From contig JBEIPP010000001.1 of the NCBI GenBank assembly GCA_040376995.1, forward strand, positions 3,780 to 67,779: DNA of 64,000 bases, given 5' to 3'. Below, one piece after another: positions 38,536 to 48,624 of this stretch (its first letter is position 1; each line of letters begins with the position of its first letter). This DNA is from Flavobacteriales bacterium (GTDB taxonomy: Bacteria; Bacteroidota; Bacteroidia; B-17B0; Aurantibacillaceae). The translations under genes were made by a program, and so were the position numbers. The notes beneath the pieces were generated by a model. That model did no database searches and was not told where the DNA came from. It worked only from the letters and a program-made list of their open reading frames with translations.

Positions 38536-41500
38536 TTAAAAAAATGCCCTTACTTGAGCGCCACCAATATTTACGATTTTGCTATCTGGAGATTTTCGTC
38601 CGCTATAATTAATACTCACTTGAATATTATTAGATAAATTTCTTTGATAGCTTAATTCCCAAGTATAGTTATATCCTGTTTTTAAAGCATTCAACATTTC
38701 ATAAGCCACAGGCGTGTTTTGATTGAGGGCATCATTGTATGTGATATTAATGAAATCAGCTTTACCAGTTAAACTACCTTTTTCTAATTGATTAAATTTT
38801 AACTCTAATCCCAAATCGTTTAGCTCAGCTTTTTGAAAACCTTCAATAATAATATTTTGTTTTTTGTTATGTTTGTATAAAACACTAATTCTAAACGCTG
38901 TATTAGGTTGATAGCTTAACTTTTGTTCTAAATCATACGCTTCAATTTTATAGTTACGAGTCGTTAAAAAAGCAGACTCATTAGATTTAATACCAAACAC
39001 ATTGATGCTGTTTAAACTCCATGATTTTGTTACATTCCATCTCCATCTCCATTCATGTGTTGTGTTTTCGCGCGTTTCGTAACCATTAGTGAGTAATTGT
39101 TTACTTAAATTACTTTGATAGGTGTAGTCCGTTCCAAAAACGGCGGCGCTTTGATTAAAGAAAATACTTTGTCGCAACGAATAGTTTAAAGCAGTAAGTA
39201 AGGAATCATTAAGATTTATATTTACGGGGTTAAATGTAAATAGCGCTCCATTATCATTTGTTTTTTTATCAACGCGATAAGCTGATTGAGAGGCAAAACG
39301 ACTAATAAATTTCATGGCTTTACCAGAACTATCTTTTAAGAAAACAAAAGGGCGAAGATTTAAAGAAAAACTAAATTGATCGTGTAATACTTTTACATAT
39401 TGGTTGGTTGGTGTATATACTCTAATGTATAATGCCTGATCTGAAAATTGAGCAATTTCAAATTCATTTAATTCCTTTATTCCATTGTCGTTATAATCTT
39501 TCCAAGCATAAGTTCCTTGACCTGCGGCAACTAATAAATAGTAATATTCTTTTTTGTTTTCTAAACCATAGCCTGTTTCGTAAAATATACTGGAAGTGAT
39601 AAATCCTTTCATTAATCTAGGCGAGTATTCAATTCTACTTAATAATGTATTATCGGGCTTTATCGTCATCGAATCTCTTTTGAGCTGTAGTTCTCTATAT
39701 GTAAATATCACAGAGAAAGGATGGTTTCTAATACTATTTACATTCACCGAAAAGCCCGTATTTTTTGCTAATGTCGAGTCTTTTAAAACAGAACCATAAG
39801 CTTGTTTATCTCTTCGCTCTCGGTAAAATAGTTTATATAAATTACCAGTTGAGTCTTTATTGGTAATGTTTCCTTCCCACTCATAAAACTGATAGCTTCG
39901 CGATAGTAAACTATCAGACGTTGTTTTTCTGAATAAATTTTGTTCAAATTCATCCAAATAATTCAATTTTAATTTCCAAATAGACTGAGAGAAAGAGGCT
40001 TTATGCCTATAAAAAGCACTTAACTGCGAATTATAATTACTAGTTAAATAAGAACCATTGTAAGTTGTGGTGTTTGTTTTAGTATTATATAAACTAGTAA
40101 TGCTGTGTTTTAATCCTTTGTAAAAGACCCCCTCATCAAAAAAATTGATACCATATAGTAATTTTAATTTTTCGTTTTTTTGAATTCCTACTTGAGCAAA
40201 ACCAACATGTTGATCAGAATTAATCGGGGCGTTAATTGGCCTGTTCCAGTCACGTTCAAACTCAATAGCTCGGTATCTTTCTATAGGGTTAAAGTATTGT
40301 TGCACGTACTCATAACCTAAATTATAAACAGCATTTAAGGATTGTTTATCTGTAGAATCTTTTTTAATAATGTTTTGATTATTACTGTTTATTTTAATAC
40401 CATAACCGTCATCATTATCCGAATCATAACCACTAAAAGTATTAATGTCATTTTTTGTATACACTCCCTCAATATCAAGGATATGATTTTTGGTAAATTG
40501 ATAGTTAATACCAGTAGTAAACATTTGTTTTTTCTTAGGGGTCACCAATGGAATAATGGGCTCATAATTCCCCTGTAAAACACCTCCAACTGGCGCCACC
40601 CATTTATATACTTTTCCATTGGCAGTAGTTGACACCTGAAGATAGTAGCCATTGTTTTCTCCCACATAACTATATTTTACTCTGTATTTAGCACTATCGG
40701 CATTGGTTGAATAAACAAAAATTCCATTATATGTTACCGAAGAAACTGTGGTATCCTTTTTCCAATAAAAAATATCTGTTGTATTAAATGTTCCTAGTTC
40801 AGCACCGCTTGTTATGGCTTTACTTAAGGTGTCGCCAATGTTAAACATGGTTAACTTTTGAGATTCTGTAAGTGATTGTTGTAGAGTTTTGTTTTTATTG
40901 TCTTGTTCGCCAAAAAAATTAAGTCTCACTTTCAATTTTTCTGCCTCTATTTCTTCACTAAAAAAGTAAAGTGAGCGCGCATAATTTCTTTCGGCATATT
41001 GAAACTCAGCAATAATACGCTTGTCTTTTGTAATGATTTGTTTAGCTGTAAAAGTTAATTCAGAAGTGTTATAGTCAATGATATAATCATTTTCTTGTCC
41101 GCGTTGCAATAATTTCCCATCAATATAAATACGTTCGGTTCCAGATAACACAATAATAAATTGTTCGTTGTCAGCTCCGCGTAATCTATAAGGACCTTGA
41201 TTATTTTCTACACCTTGTATGACATTACGAGCAAATTTTCCTTTACTCACAGCGCCGCTTACCTGTGTTTTAAAAACCACTTGTTTTTTATTAATAGTAT
41301 CAAAATAGTTATTAGATAAATAAGCTCCTTGCGAACGTTTGTAAAAATTCATGAAATAACTGTTAGGGCGCTGCAGCTGAAAATCTCCTACAATTAATTT
41401 GGAGTTTTTGTTTGATAATTGCACAAATACTTTATCAAATTCTTGTAATTGCGCAGTTGTTCCATCCGCTTGAAAAGGTATGTTATCATCAGTGGCAGCT

Positions 41501-42024
41501 AATAATAAATCTACTTCTTGAGTTAATTTACCACTGACTTGTAAATTTAAACTAGAATTAACTACTACATCCTGATTATTACCAAAACTAATGCCTCTGC
41601 TGATACTTCCGTTTTTATTTAATCCGTCTGATACAAATGTTTCATTAGGAACTGCTGAGCCAGAAAAAGCTAAAGTCATTGGATTTAAAGGTAATGATAA
41701 ATCTTTAGTAAGAAGTGATGTGCTTTGATGATAGTAAGGTTTTTCGAAATTATACGGAAAGCTTTTATAACTCACAAAAATCGGGTCGCTAGGCTTTACT
41801 TTAAAAATAATAGCTTTTAAGGGATAATTGATTTTATAGCTTGAGCTATCTAAAGGATTGTTTTTTGAAGTAATAGATACTGTGCCTGGTATCAAACTTA
41901 AAGTATCTAAATAAAGTGTATCAGATTTTACAAAATAATATTTTTGTTTTAGGTTCGTTTGGGCTTGTGTCTGAATAAAACATCCATACAAAAACACTAC
42001 TATAAAAAATAACCTAAAACTCAC
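38536..42024 (-). CDS. large (1162 aa) conserved outer-membrane protein of unknown function
   Basis: GTG start and signal peptide (FFIVVFLYGCFIQTQAQ). Beta-rich and Asn/Tyr-rich throughout, with C-terminal ..GGAQVRAFF typical of OM barrels. No catalytic motif seen. Confidence 0.5.
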   Translation of the reverse strand: MSFRLFFIVVFLYGCFIQTQAQTNLKQKYYFVKSDTLYLDTLSLIPGTVSITSKNNPLDSSSYKINYPLKAIIFKVKPSDPIFVSYKSFPYNFEKPYYHQSTSLLTKDLSLPLNPMTLAFSGSAVPNETFVSDGLNKNGSISRGISFGNNQDVVVNSSLNLQVSGKLTQEVDLLLAATDDNIPFQADGTTAQLQEFDKVFVQLSNKNSKLIVGDFQLQRPNSYFMNFYKRSQGAYLSNNYFDTINKKQVVFKTQVSGAVSKGKFARNVIQGVENNQGPYRLRGADNEQFIIVLSGTERIYIDGKLLQRGQENDYIIDYNTSELTFTAKQIITKDKRIIAEFQYAERNYARSLYFFSEEIEAEKLKVRLNFFGEQDNKNKTLQQSLTESQKLTMFNIGDTLSKAITSGAELGTFNTTDIFYWKKDTTVSSVTYNGIFVYSTNADSAKYRVKYSYVGENNGYYLQVSTTANGKVYKWVAPVGGVLQGNYEPIIPLVTPKKKQMFTTGINYQFTKNHILDIEGVYTKNDINTFSGYDSDNDDGYGIKINSNNQNIIKKDSTDKQSLNAVYNLGYEYVQQYFNPIERYRAIEFERDWNRPINAPINSDQHVGFAQVGIQKNEKLKLLYGINFFDEGVFYKGLKHSITSLYNTKTNTTTYNGSYLTSNYNSQLSAFYRHKASFSQSIWKLKLNYLDEFEQNLFRKTTSDSLLSRSYQFYEWEGNITNKDSTGNLYKLFYRERRDKQAYGSVLKDSTLAKNTGFSVNVNSIRNHPFSVIFTYRELQLKRDSMTIKPDNTLLSRIEYSPRLMKGFITSSIFYETGYGLENKKEYYYLLVAAGQGTYAWKDYNDNGIKELNEFEIAQFSDQALYIRVYTPTNQYVKVLHDQFSFSLNLRPFVFLKDSSGKAMKFISRFASQSAYRVDKKTNDNGALFTFNPVNINLNDSLLTALNYSLRQSIFFNQSAAVFGTDYTYQSNLSKQLLTNGYETRENTTHEWRWRWNVTKSWSLNSINVFGIKSNESAFLTTRNYKIEAYDLEQKLSYQPNTAFRISVLYKHNKKQNIIIEGFQKAELNDLGLELKFNQLEKGSLTGKADFINITYNDALNQNTPVAYEMLNALKTGYNYTWELSYQRNLSNNIQVSINYSGRKSPDSKIVNIGGAQVRAFF

Positions 42025-42084
42025 GATATGTATAACGGTTTATAAATATAGAAATTGTATTTTTAAACCTTAAATTGATTTTAG

Positions 42085-42849
42085 ATGAGAATAATAACAT
42101 ACAATGTAAACGGCATTCGTGCAGCTATGACAAAAGGTTTAGTAGATTGGGTAAAGGCTGCAAGCCCAGATGTATTGTGTTTACAAGAAACTAAAGCAAC
42201 TCCCGACCAAGTGGATGTGCAAGCTTTTGAAGCTTTAGGTTACCATTTATATTGGTATTCGGCGCAAAAAAAAGGATATAGCGGAGTGGCTATTTTCTCT
42301 AAACTAAAGCCAAAACATGTAGAGTATGGTTGTGGCATAGAGAAATATGATTTTGAAGGACGCGTCATTCGTTTAGATTTCCAAGAATGCTCGGTGATGA
42401 GTGTTTATCATCCAAGTGGCAGTAGTGGCGATGATCGTCAGGCATTTAAAATGCAATGGTTAGCCGATTTTCAGACCTATATCAACGATTTAAAAGCAAA
42501 AATCCCTAATTTGATTTTATGTGGAGATTATAATATTTGCCACAAACCAATAGATATTCATAATCCCAAATCAAATGCAAATACATCAGGATTTTTGCCC
42601 GAAGAGAGAGAATGGATGGAACAGTTTATTCAGTCTGGTTTTATAGATTCGTTCAGATATTTTAACCAAGAGCCCCATCAATATAGCTGGTGGAGCTATA
42701 GAGCAGGATCGAGAGGGAAGAATTTGGGTTGGCGAATTGACTATAATTTAGTGGCTAATCACTTAGATAAACATTTAAAAAGAGCAGTGATTTTGCCAGA
42801 TGCGATGCATAGTGATCACTGTCCAGTTTTGTTGGAAATGGAATTTTAA
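42085..42849 (+). CDS. xth: exodeoxyribonuclease III
   Basis: MRIITYNVNGIRA, LCLQETK, GDYNICH, SDHCPV motifs. 254 aa. Confidence 0.93.
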   Translation: MRIITYNVNGIRAAMTKGLVDWVKAASPDVLCLQETKATPDQVDVQAFEALGYHLYWYSAQKKGYSGVAIFSKLKPKHVEYGCGIEKYDFEGRVIRLDFQECSVMSVYHPSGSSGDDRQAFKMQWLADFQTYINDLKAKIPNLILCGDYNICHKPIDIHNPKSNANTSGFLPEEREWMEQFIQSGFIDSFRYFNQEPHQYSWWSYRAGSRGKNLGWRIDYNLVANHLDKHLKRAVILPDAMHSDHCPVLLEMEF

Positions 42850-42926
42850 CAAATTTGAGGATTTTTTTAGTTATTTTAGTTATTTAGGTTATATTTGTGA
42901 TTGCATAAAAACTTATGTACTTAGGT

Positions 42927-44684
42927 ATGAAAAAAATATTTATTCCACTAGTAGCTAGCGTGTTAACACTTAGCTTAGTTTCATGTTCAGACGACACAAA
43001 AGATAGCCACGAAGGCATTGAAGGCAAGGGCGGCGTGTATTTGGGCGGCGTGATGCGCTTGAATGAAGTTGAAGCTTTTAAAAGCTTAAACCCAATTGCT
43101 GTTAATGAAGTCGTAGGTTTTCATATTGGCACTCAATTATTTGAGGGCTTGGTGAAGTTCAACCAAAACGATTTATCTATAAAACCGGCTATTGCTCGTT
43201 CTTGGGAAATTAGTGAAAATCTAACAGAATGGACTTTCTATATCCGTCAAGGGGTTATGTTTCATCCAGATGCTTGTTTTGCTGATGGAAATGGTAGAGA
43301 ATTAAAAGCAAGTGATATTAAATTTTGTTTTGACAAATTATGTACGGCTGATCCTAACAACGCTCAATTTGATGTAACTTTTAAGGATCATGTTATTGGT
43401 GCTAATGAGTCTTTTGCTGCTTCAAAAACAGGAAAAAGCTTAGGCGTTTCTGGGATTAAAATTGTTAATGATACAACTTTAACTATTTCTTTAAAAGCTC
43501 CATATGCTGGATTCTTAAATATATTAGCAATGCCTGGGTGTTGGATTTATCCAAAAGAAGCTTTAGATAAATACGCGTTAGATATCCGTACTCATCCAGT
43601 TGGTACTGGTCCGTTTCAATTAGAAACAGTGAAAGAAGGAGAAGTATTAATCATGAAAAAGAATCCTAATTACTACGCATACGATGAGTATGGAAACAAA
43701 TTGCCATATTTAGATGGATTGAAATATACGTTTATTCGTGAGAAAAAAGCTGAGATTTTAGAATTTAAATCAGGTAACTTGGACATGGTATATCGTTTGC
43801 CAGTAGAGATTGTGCCAGAAATTTTAGGCGATTTAGAACATGCTAAAGAGCGTAAAACTGAATTTCAAATTTTAAACACACCAGCGTTTAATACAAATTA
43901 TTTAGGGTTTAACTGTACTAGCCCTGCATTTAACAAAAAAGAGGTACGCTTGGCATTTAACTATGCAATTGACAGACATAAAATAGCAGATTTTACATTA
44001 CAAGGTGAAGGAAGTTATGGAGATTATGGCATTGTGCCTTACGTTAAAGCATTTGAAAAAGATGGTTATAACTTTAAAGATTTAAAAGGATATACATTAG
44101 ACGTAGCTAAAGCAAAAGAATATCTTAAAAAAGCGGGTTATGCTGATGGAAAAGGTTTTCCAAAAGTAACATTACAAATTAATAGTGGAGGAGGGAATAA
44201 TATTTTAATTGCTGAAGTTGTACAAACAATGTTGAAGGAAAATTTAAATGTAGATGTAAATATAAATACAGTTCCTTTTGCAGAGCATATAGAGCAAGTA
44301 CAATCAGGTAAAGTAGATTTTTTCCGTTTTGCTTGGATTGCTGATTATCCAGATCCAGAAACATTCTTAACGATTTTCTACGGTAAACACGTTCCTGCAA
44401 ATGCTTCAGAAAAATCTTTTATCAACCATTTCAGATTTAAAAATGCACGTTTTGATTCATTATTTGCAGCATCATTTATGGAGTTAGATAAAGCAAAACG
44501 TTATGCATTATTAACTAAGGCAGAACAAATAATTTTAGATGAAGCTCCATTTATGCCAATATTTTATAACGAAAACTTCCGTTTAGAGCAGTTAAACGTT
44601 CGTAATTTCCCTGAAAACGCAATGAACTATATGGATTTATCTGTTGTGTATTTAATACCAAAAGATAAAATGCCTAAAAAATAA
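42927..44684 (+). CDS. ABC transporter substrate-binding lipoprotein (family 5, peptide/nickel type)
   Basis: Lipoprotein signal MKKIFIPLVASVLTLSLVSC (the ATG at 42927 is preferred to 42915). The SBP_bac_5 pattern runs throughout (GTGPFQL.., ADYPDPETFL). Confidence 0.85.
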   Translation: MKKIFIPLVASVLTLSLVSCSDDTKDSHEGIEGKGGVYLGGVMRLNEVEAFKSLNPIAVNEVVGFHIGTQLFEGLVKFNQNDLSIKPAIARSWEISENLTEWTFYIRQGVMFHPDACFADGNGRELKASDIKFCFDKLCTADPNNAQFDVTFKDHVIGANESFAASKTGKSLGVSGIKIVNDTTLTISLKAPYAGFLNILAMPGCWIYPKEALDKYALDIRTHPVGTGPFQLETVKEGEVLIMKKNPNYYAYDEYGNKLPYLDGLKYTFIREKKAEILEFKSGNLDMVYRLPVEIVPEILGDLEHAKERKTEFQILNTPAFNTNYLGFNCTSPAFNKKEVRLAFNYAIDRHKIADFTLQGEGSYGDYGIVPYVKAFEKDGYNFKDLKGYTLDVAKAKEYLKKAGYADGKGFPKVTLQINSGGGNNILIAEVVQTMLKENLNVDVNINTVPFAEHIEQVQSGKVDFFRFAWIADYPDPETFLTIFYGKHVPANASEKSFINHFRFKNARFDSLFAASFMELDKAKRYALLTKAEQIILDEAPFMPIFYNENFRLEQLNVRNFPENAMNYMDLSVVYLIPKDKMPKK

Positions 44685-44705
44685 TTTTAGTATTCTAACA
44701 AAAAA

Positions 44706-44734
44706 CGCCTTCTAAAATTAGAAGGCGTTTTTTT
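44706..44734 (+). terminator. rho-independent terminator
   Basis: CGCCTTCTA (44706-44714) - AAAT - TAGAAGGCG (44719-44727) followed by T7. Confidence 0.8.
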
Positions 44735-44960
44735 GTGCTAGTAATCCGAAGAAACATACATACAGCTTAATATAGGCAAACGAATTAATTCAGGATGTTC
44801 TTATCGCATGTTGTAATCCTGCTGTATTTTGCAAGCCCCTAAAATGTGATAAAATCATCTTGAAACGTTCATTGTACTCTGTGTATTTGTAAGCTCAATT
44901 TTTATATCTTTTTTTTATCGTGGCAATTTTTTTACGTTATTTGCTACTAAACTAAAATAA

Positions 44961-45602
44961 ATGGAATTTATCAGCAAAATTCTTAGCGATTACTGCGAAA
45001 ATAATACCTCTCCAGAATCAGAAATATTAGCACAGTTAAATAGAGAAACACATTTAAAAGTAGTTTCTCCACGAATGCTGAGTGGCCATTTACAAGGGCG
45101 TTTTTTAAGCTTTATTTCTAAATTACAACAACCAAAATTTATTTTAGAAATTGGCACATACACAGGCTACTCTGCTCTATGCTTAGCAGAAGGCTTGCAC
45201 CCAGAAGGTAAGTTAATTAGTATTGATGTGAACGAAGAAGCATCTTCTTTTGCAAAATTATTTATTGCCAAAACACAATATGCCGATCAAATAGAATTGG
45301 TTTTAGCAGATGCGAGAGAGTTTGTGAAAACAATTAAAGAACCGATAGACTTAGTTTTTATTGATGCCGACAAGAAAAATTATTTAGCGTACTATTATTT
45401 AATGATTGATAAAATAAAATCTGGCGGATTAATTATAGCCGATAATGTTTTATGGAGTGGTAAAATCACTATGTCTGAAAAAGATATGGACAGAGAAACT
45501 CTTGCTTTACATCAATTCAATCAATTTGTGCAACAAGACTCAAGAGTGGAAAATATTTTATTACCAATTAGGGATGGCTTGATGATAGTGAGAAAAAAAT
45601 AA
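44961..45602 (+). CDS. class I SAM-dependent O-methyltransferase (Methyltransf_3 / caffeoyl-CoA OMT-like, YrrM type)
   Basis: ILEIGTYTGYSALCLA motif I, FIDADKKNY and the DNVLW motif. 213 aa. Confidence 0.85.
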   Translation: MEFISKILSDYCENNTSPESEILAQLNRETHLKVVSPRMLSGHLQGRFLSFISKLQQPKFILEIGTYTGYSALCLAEGLHPEGKLISIDVNEEASSFAKLFIAKTQYADQIELVLADAREFVKTIKEPIDLVFIDADKKNYLAYYYLMIDKIKSGGLIIADNVLWSGKITMSEKDMDRETLALHQFNQFVQQDSRVENILLPIRDGLMIVRKK

Positions 45603-45654
45603 ACATAAAATATTCTTTAAACTTACTTTACATTAGTTACATATTATACCCACT

Positions 45655-46017
45655 ATGAAATTCACTTTTACTATTCTTCTTTCATTTTTTATTGGAATAA
45701 ATTTATTCGCTCAAACTAACGAAGAGCTATCTATTGCTTTTATAAAGAAATTAGAGCGTCAGCAATTTGACAGTTGCTACTCAATGTTTGACACAAGTAT
45801 GGCTAATAAATTTAATGCTGCCATGTTAGAAAAAATGTGGGGCAGTATTCCAAGATACATGGGCGAATACAAAGGCTATACAACCGTTGAATCAATGAAG
45901 AAAGATTCTATTGATGTGGTTGCTGTAAGATGTATATTTGAAAAAACAAAAATGGATTTGCAATTTAGTTTTGTTGAAAACAAAAAAATTATCGGGATGT
46001 ATTTTTGTACCTCCTAA
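45655..46017 (+). CDS. N-terminal segment (signal peptide + DUF3887-like domain) of a frameshifted alpha/beta hydrolase gene
   Basis: Signal peptide, then a small alpha+beta domain ending ..LQFSFVENKKIIGMYF. It stops 3 codons after a T5 run (46002-46006). Confidence 0.7.
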   Translation: MKFTFTILLSFFIGINLFAQTNEELSIAFIKKLERQQFDSCYSMFDTSMANKFNAAMLEKMWGSIPRYMGEYKGYTTVESMKKDSIDVVAVRCIFEKTKMDLQFSFVENKKIIGMYFCTS

Positions 46018-46957
46018 AAATAAAACGGCTTACGCAACTCCAGAATACGCTCAACAAAATAAATACTACGAAACCAAAATTGCTGTAAAAACAGGAACCA
46101 TGTCGCTTCCAGGCGCATTATGTGTTCCTAATACTGTTAAAAATCCTCCAGTTGTTATTTTATTAGCTGGTTCTGGCCCTAATGATAAAGATGAAACAAT
46201 AGGGCCAAACAAAGCATTAAAAGATTTAGCCGTTGGCTTAGTGTCTAATGGTATTGCTAGCTATAGATACGATAAACGTACTTTGGTTTATGGCAAAGAC
46301 ATGAAAGAGGTTGATTTGAATGCAGAAGTAATTGAAGATGCTTTAACAGCAGTTACAACCATAAAAAACAATCCAAATTTTAAAGATTCTAAAATATTTA
46401 TTGCTGGACATAGCTTAGGTGCCATGTGCGCTCCACTAATTGCGAGTAAATCAAAACAAATTAATGGCATTGTGCTATTAGCAGGAAATGCTCGCCCATT
46501 AGAAGATGTTGTGTTAGAGCAATACAATTATATTTTCGGCCTTGATAGCTTAGATGCTCATGAAAGAAAAGAACTACTAGACTATTCTACCAAACTAAAA
46601 ACGGTTAAGGATCCAAAGGCTTTAAAAACAGCCAAAGCTGAAGATTTGCTATTAAACCAAGAATCTTTTTATTGGCAATCCATCGTAAAATATAATCAAA
46701 TACAAGTTGCTAAAAAAATAAAGCAACCAATTTTAGTGCTTCAAGGAGAAAGAGACTACCAAGTAACCATGACTGATTTTAATTTATGGAAGCAAGCCTT
46801 AGGAGATAAAACTAAAAACCAGTTTATCTCATATCCAAACCTAAACCATTTATTTATGAAGGGTGAAGGAAAAGCTACTCCAGCTGAATATGACAAGCAA
46901 GGCAATGTTGAATTTCAGGTTATAACGGATATTGTAACCTGGATAAATAGCAAGTAA
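45938..46957 (+). CDS. C-terminal segment (alpha/beta hydrolase) of the same frameshifted gene
   Basis: Meaningful sequence starts at ..FVPPKNKTAYATPEY. VVILLAGSGPNDKDE, nucleophile elbow GHSLGA, LVLQGERDYQV, NHLF (His). The first ~20 codons of the ORF-track translation are out-of-frame read-through. Confidence 0.75.
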   Translation: MKKQKWICNLVLLKTKKLSGCIFVPPKNKTAYATPEYAQQNKYYETKIAVKTGTMSLPGALCVPNTVKNPPVVILLAGSGPNDKDETIGPNKALKDLAVGLVSNGIASYRYDKRTLVYGKDMKEVDLNAEVIEDALTAVTTIKNNPNFKDSKIFIAGHSLGAMCAPLIASKSKQINGIVLLAGNARPLEDVVLEQYNYIFGLDSLDAHERKELLDYSTKLKTVKDPKALKTAKAEDLLLNQESFYWQSIVKYNQIQVAKKIKQPILVLQGERDYQVTMTDFNLWKQALGDKTKNQFISYPNLNHLFMKGEGKATPAEYDKQGNVEFQVITDIVTWINSK

Positions 46958-47182
46958 ACGGTATTTCTTTGCCTATAAAAAAAAGAGTATTTTCATTTTA
47001 TTCAATTATTTTTTAGTTGGCTGTAACTTTTAAGTAACAAGGTGCGTCCTATGTTAAAATCTGCAGAAAAGATTATTTAAAACTTTAAAATAAGAACATG
47101 CTCTATCCATTTTTCAAAATAGTAAATTTTAAAAATGATAAAATGGATAAACCATTTTGCCATTTATAATTAATAAAACTAA

Positions 47183-47249
47183 GTTCAGGGCATTGATGAA
47201 AAACGAATAGAACTTCATGGCAAGGGAGATCACGAAATACTATTCAAAT
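47183..47249 (+). pseudogene. left part of an OmpA-like C-terminal domain remnant, interrupted by the IS
   Basis: VQGIDEKRIELHGKGDHEILFK resembles the OmpA_C consensus G-I-d..R-I...G-x-G-e. In-frame TAA codons lie just upstream, so the remnant is already decayed. Confidence 0.35.
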
Positions 47250-47285
47250 AAAGGTGCAGTCTCATAACGTGGGGAGCTTGCAAGT

Positions 47286-48065
47286 TTAAGCAAATAATTT
47301 TTCTAGCCTAAAAAGGAAAAAAGTAACATCTCTTACGCCTTTTTGGTTTGCTCTAAATAATTTTATTTTGGAATTAAAAGATTCAGCGTTTGCATTTGTA
47401 TTCCTATTAATAAAGAAGTTTAATATAGTATCTAAATGATATTCGATTGATTTGGCTGCTGTATTAAATTCTTTAATATTACTGTTCTTAATATCGTTAA
47501 TCCAATCTATAAATTGTCTTTTGGCATTGTTAATGTTGTGATTTTCGTATATGTTTCTAAATTGAGTGGCAAGTTCATGTGCTCTTTTTAACACCGGGTA
47601 TTTTTCAAATAAAATGTCAGCTCTTTCTTGCTGTGAACTTGTCCAATCGGCATTTCGGTTAAACAATAAATACCTGCCTCGTGTTAACAATTGCTTTAAC
47701 ATGTCGCCATTTGCTAATACCTCTTGATTATGTTTTTCTCCATTAGCCCTTGCCTTTTTTATTTCTTCGTTTTCTTTCTCAATAGCCTCCCATCTATAGT
47801 TGATACGAAGATGTTGTAACGCTTCTAATACCAACTTTACAACATGAAATCTATCGGTAACTAAGCTTGCATCTGGAAAACTCATGCGGGCCGAAAACTC
47901 CATATTACGAGCCATATCAAGGGTTATTTCTTTTACTTCTAGTCGTTTGGATAAGGGGATTTTTTCGAGAACTTCTATAATTTTAGATGCACTGGTACTG
48001 GCAATCATAGCAATTATAGTTTTCTTTTTACCCTTACCTGCTTTAGATGTTACAAACGTATACAA
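47286..48065 (-). CDS. transposase catalytic part (orfB), DDE ISL3/ISAon1-like
   Basis: ..LSIDEVSLSNGELYTFVTSK.., TLDMARNM.., VTDRFHVVKL (ISL3-type D..RFH motif). The frame is actually open upstream to 48275 with no canonical start. The listed start is the ORF-caller TTG. Confidence 0.8.
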   Translation of the reverse strand: MYTFVTSKAGKGKKKTIIAMIASTSASKIIEVLEKIPLSKRLEVKEITLDMARNMEFSARMSFPDASLVTDRFHVVKLVLEALQHLRINYRWEAIEKENEEIKKARANGEKHNQEVLANGDMLKQLLTRGRYLLFNRNADWTSSQQERADILFEKYPVLKRAHELATQFRNIYENHNINNAKRQFIDWINDIKNSNIKEFNTAAKSIEYHLDTILNFFINRNTNANAESFNSKIKLFRANQKGVRDVTFFLFRLEKLFA

Positions 48066-48261
48066 TTCTCCGTTTGATAAACTTACCTCATCAATGCTTA
48101 TATGAGGGCTAATGTTTTGAGGATAAATTAAATATTCTTTGGCGTGGTTTTTTTGTTCCCAAGTTTGATATCCACTTGTTTTATATTTATAAGAACGATA
48201 TAGTTTTTTTCGGGAAACCTTGTGGTAATATGCAACGGTGCTTATAGCATCCTCTCTAGTA

Positions 48262-48624
48262 TCAATGCGCTTGTTTTAAAAAATCAGACAGCTCTTGGGT
48301 AAATTTAGTCCCCTCTGCTATCATTGTAAAATCTCTATGAATATTTTGTTTGCTTAGTTTATGACGCCATCGTCTCCTGTGAATTTCTAAATATACAGCC
48401 CTGCCTCGTAATGGAAAGTCTTGAATTAATCGAGCTTTATAAAATCCTTTCGATTCATATTCATCTATATTATGTCCACTTGGTACTGTATTGTTTTCTT
48501 CAAGGGTTATTATATAATATTCGTCCTCTTTTCCTTTTTCTGGAATTATTTTTACCGATGTAATCTCGAAGTAATCTAACAGATTTTTCGGTAATATACT
48601 TTTTGCAAATTCTTTGTAATCCAC
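48262..48624 (-). CDS. transposase N-terminal region protein (orfA)
   Basis: 120 aa. ..SKGFYKARLIQDFPLRGRAVYLEIHRRRWRHK.. is the typical ISAon1-type N-terminal (zinc-less DNA-binding) region. Its TGA overlaps an ATT codon in the orfB frame. Confidence 0.75.
   Translation of the reverse strand: MDYKEFAKSILPKNLLDYFEITSVKIIPEKGKEDEYYIITLEENNTVPSGHNIDEYESKGFYKARLIQDFPLRGRAVYLEIHRRRWRHKLSKQNIHRDFTMIAEGTKFTQELSDFLKQAH

Noticed and set aside
44738-44960. 220-bp gene-free region after a strong terminator, checked for SRP RNA, 6S, tmRNA or RNase P-like motifs. It also contains a 15-codon hydrophobic mini-ORF (MFLSHVVILLYFASP, 44806-44853).
   Set aside because: I could recognise no conserved ncRNA motif or convincing extended structure. 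The mini-ORF has no supporting signal. It is left as unexplained spacer or promoter region for the O-methyltransferase.
47171-47182. In-frame TAA TAA AAC TAA upstream of the OmpA-like remnant, considered as possible stop-codon recoding.
   Set aside because: TAA functions as the normal stop for most genes in the window. Decay of a pseudogene is the simpler explanation.
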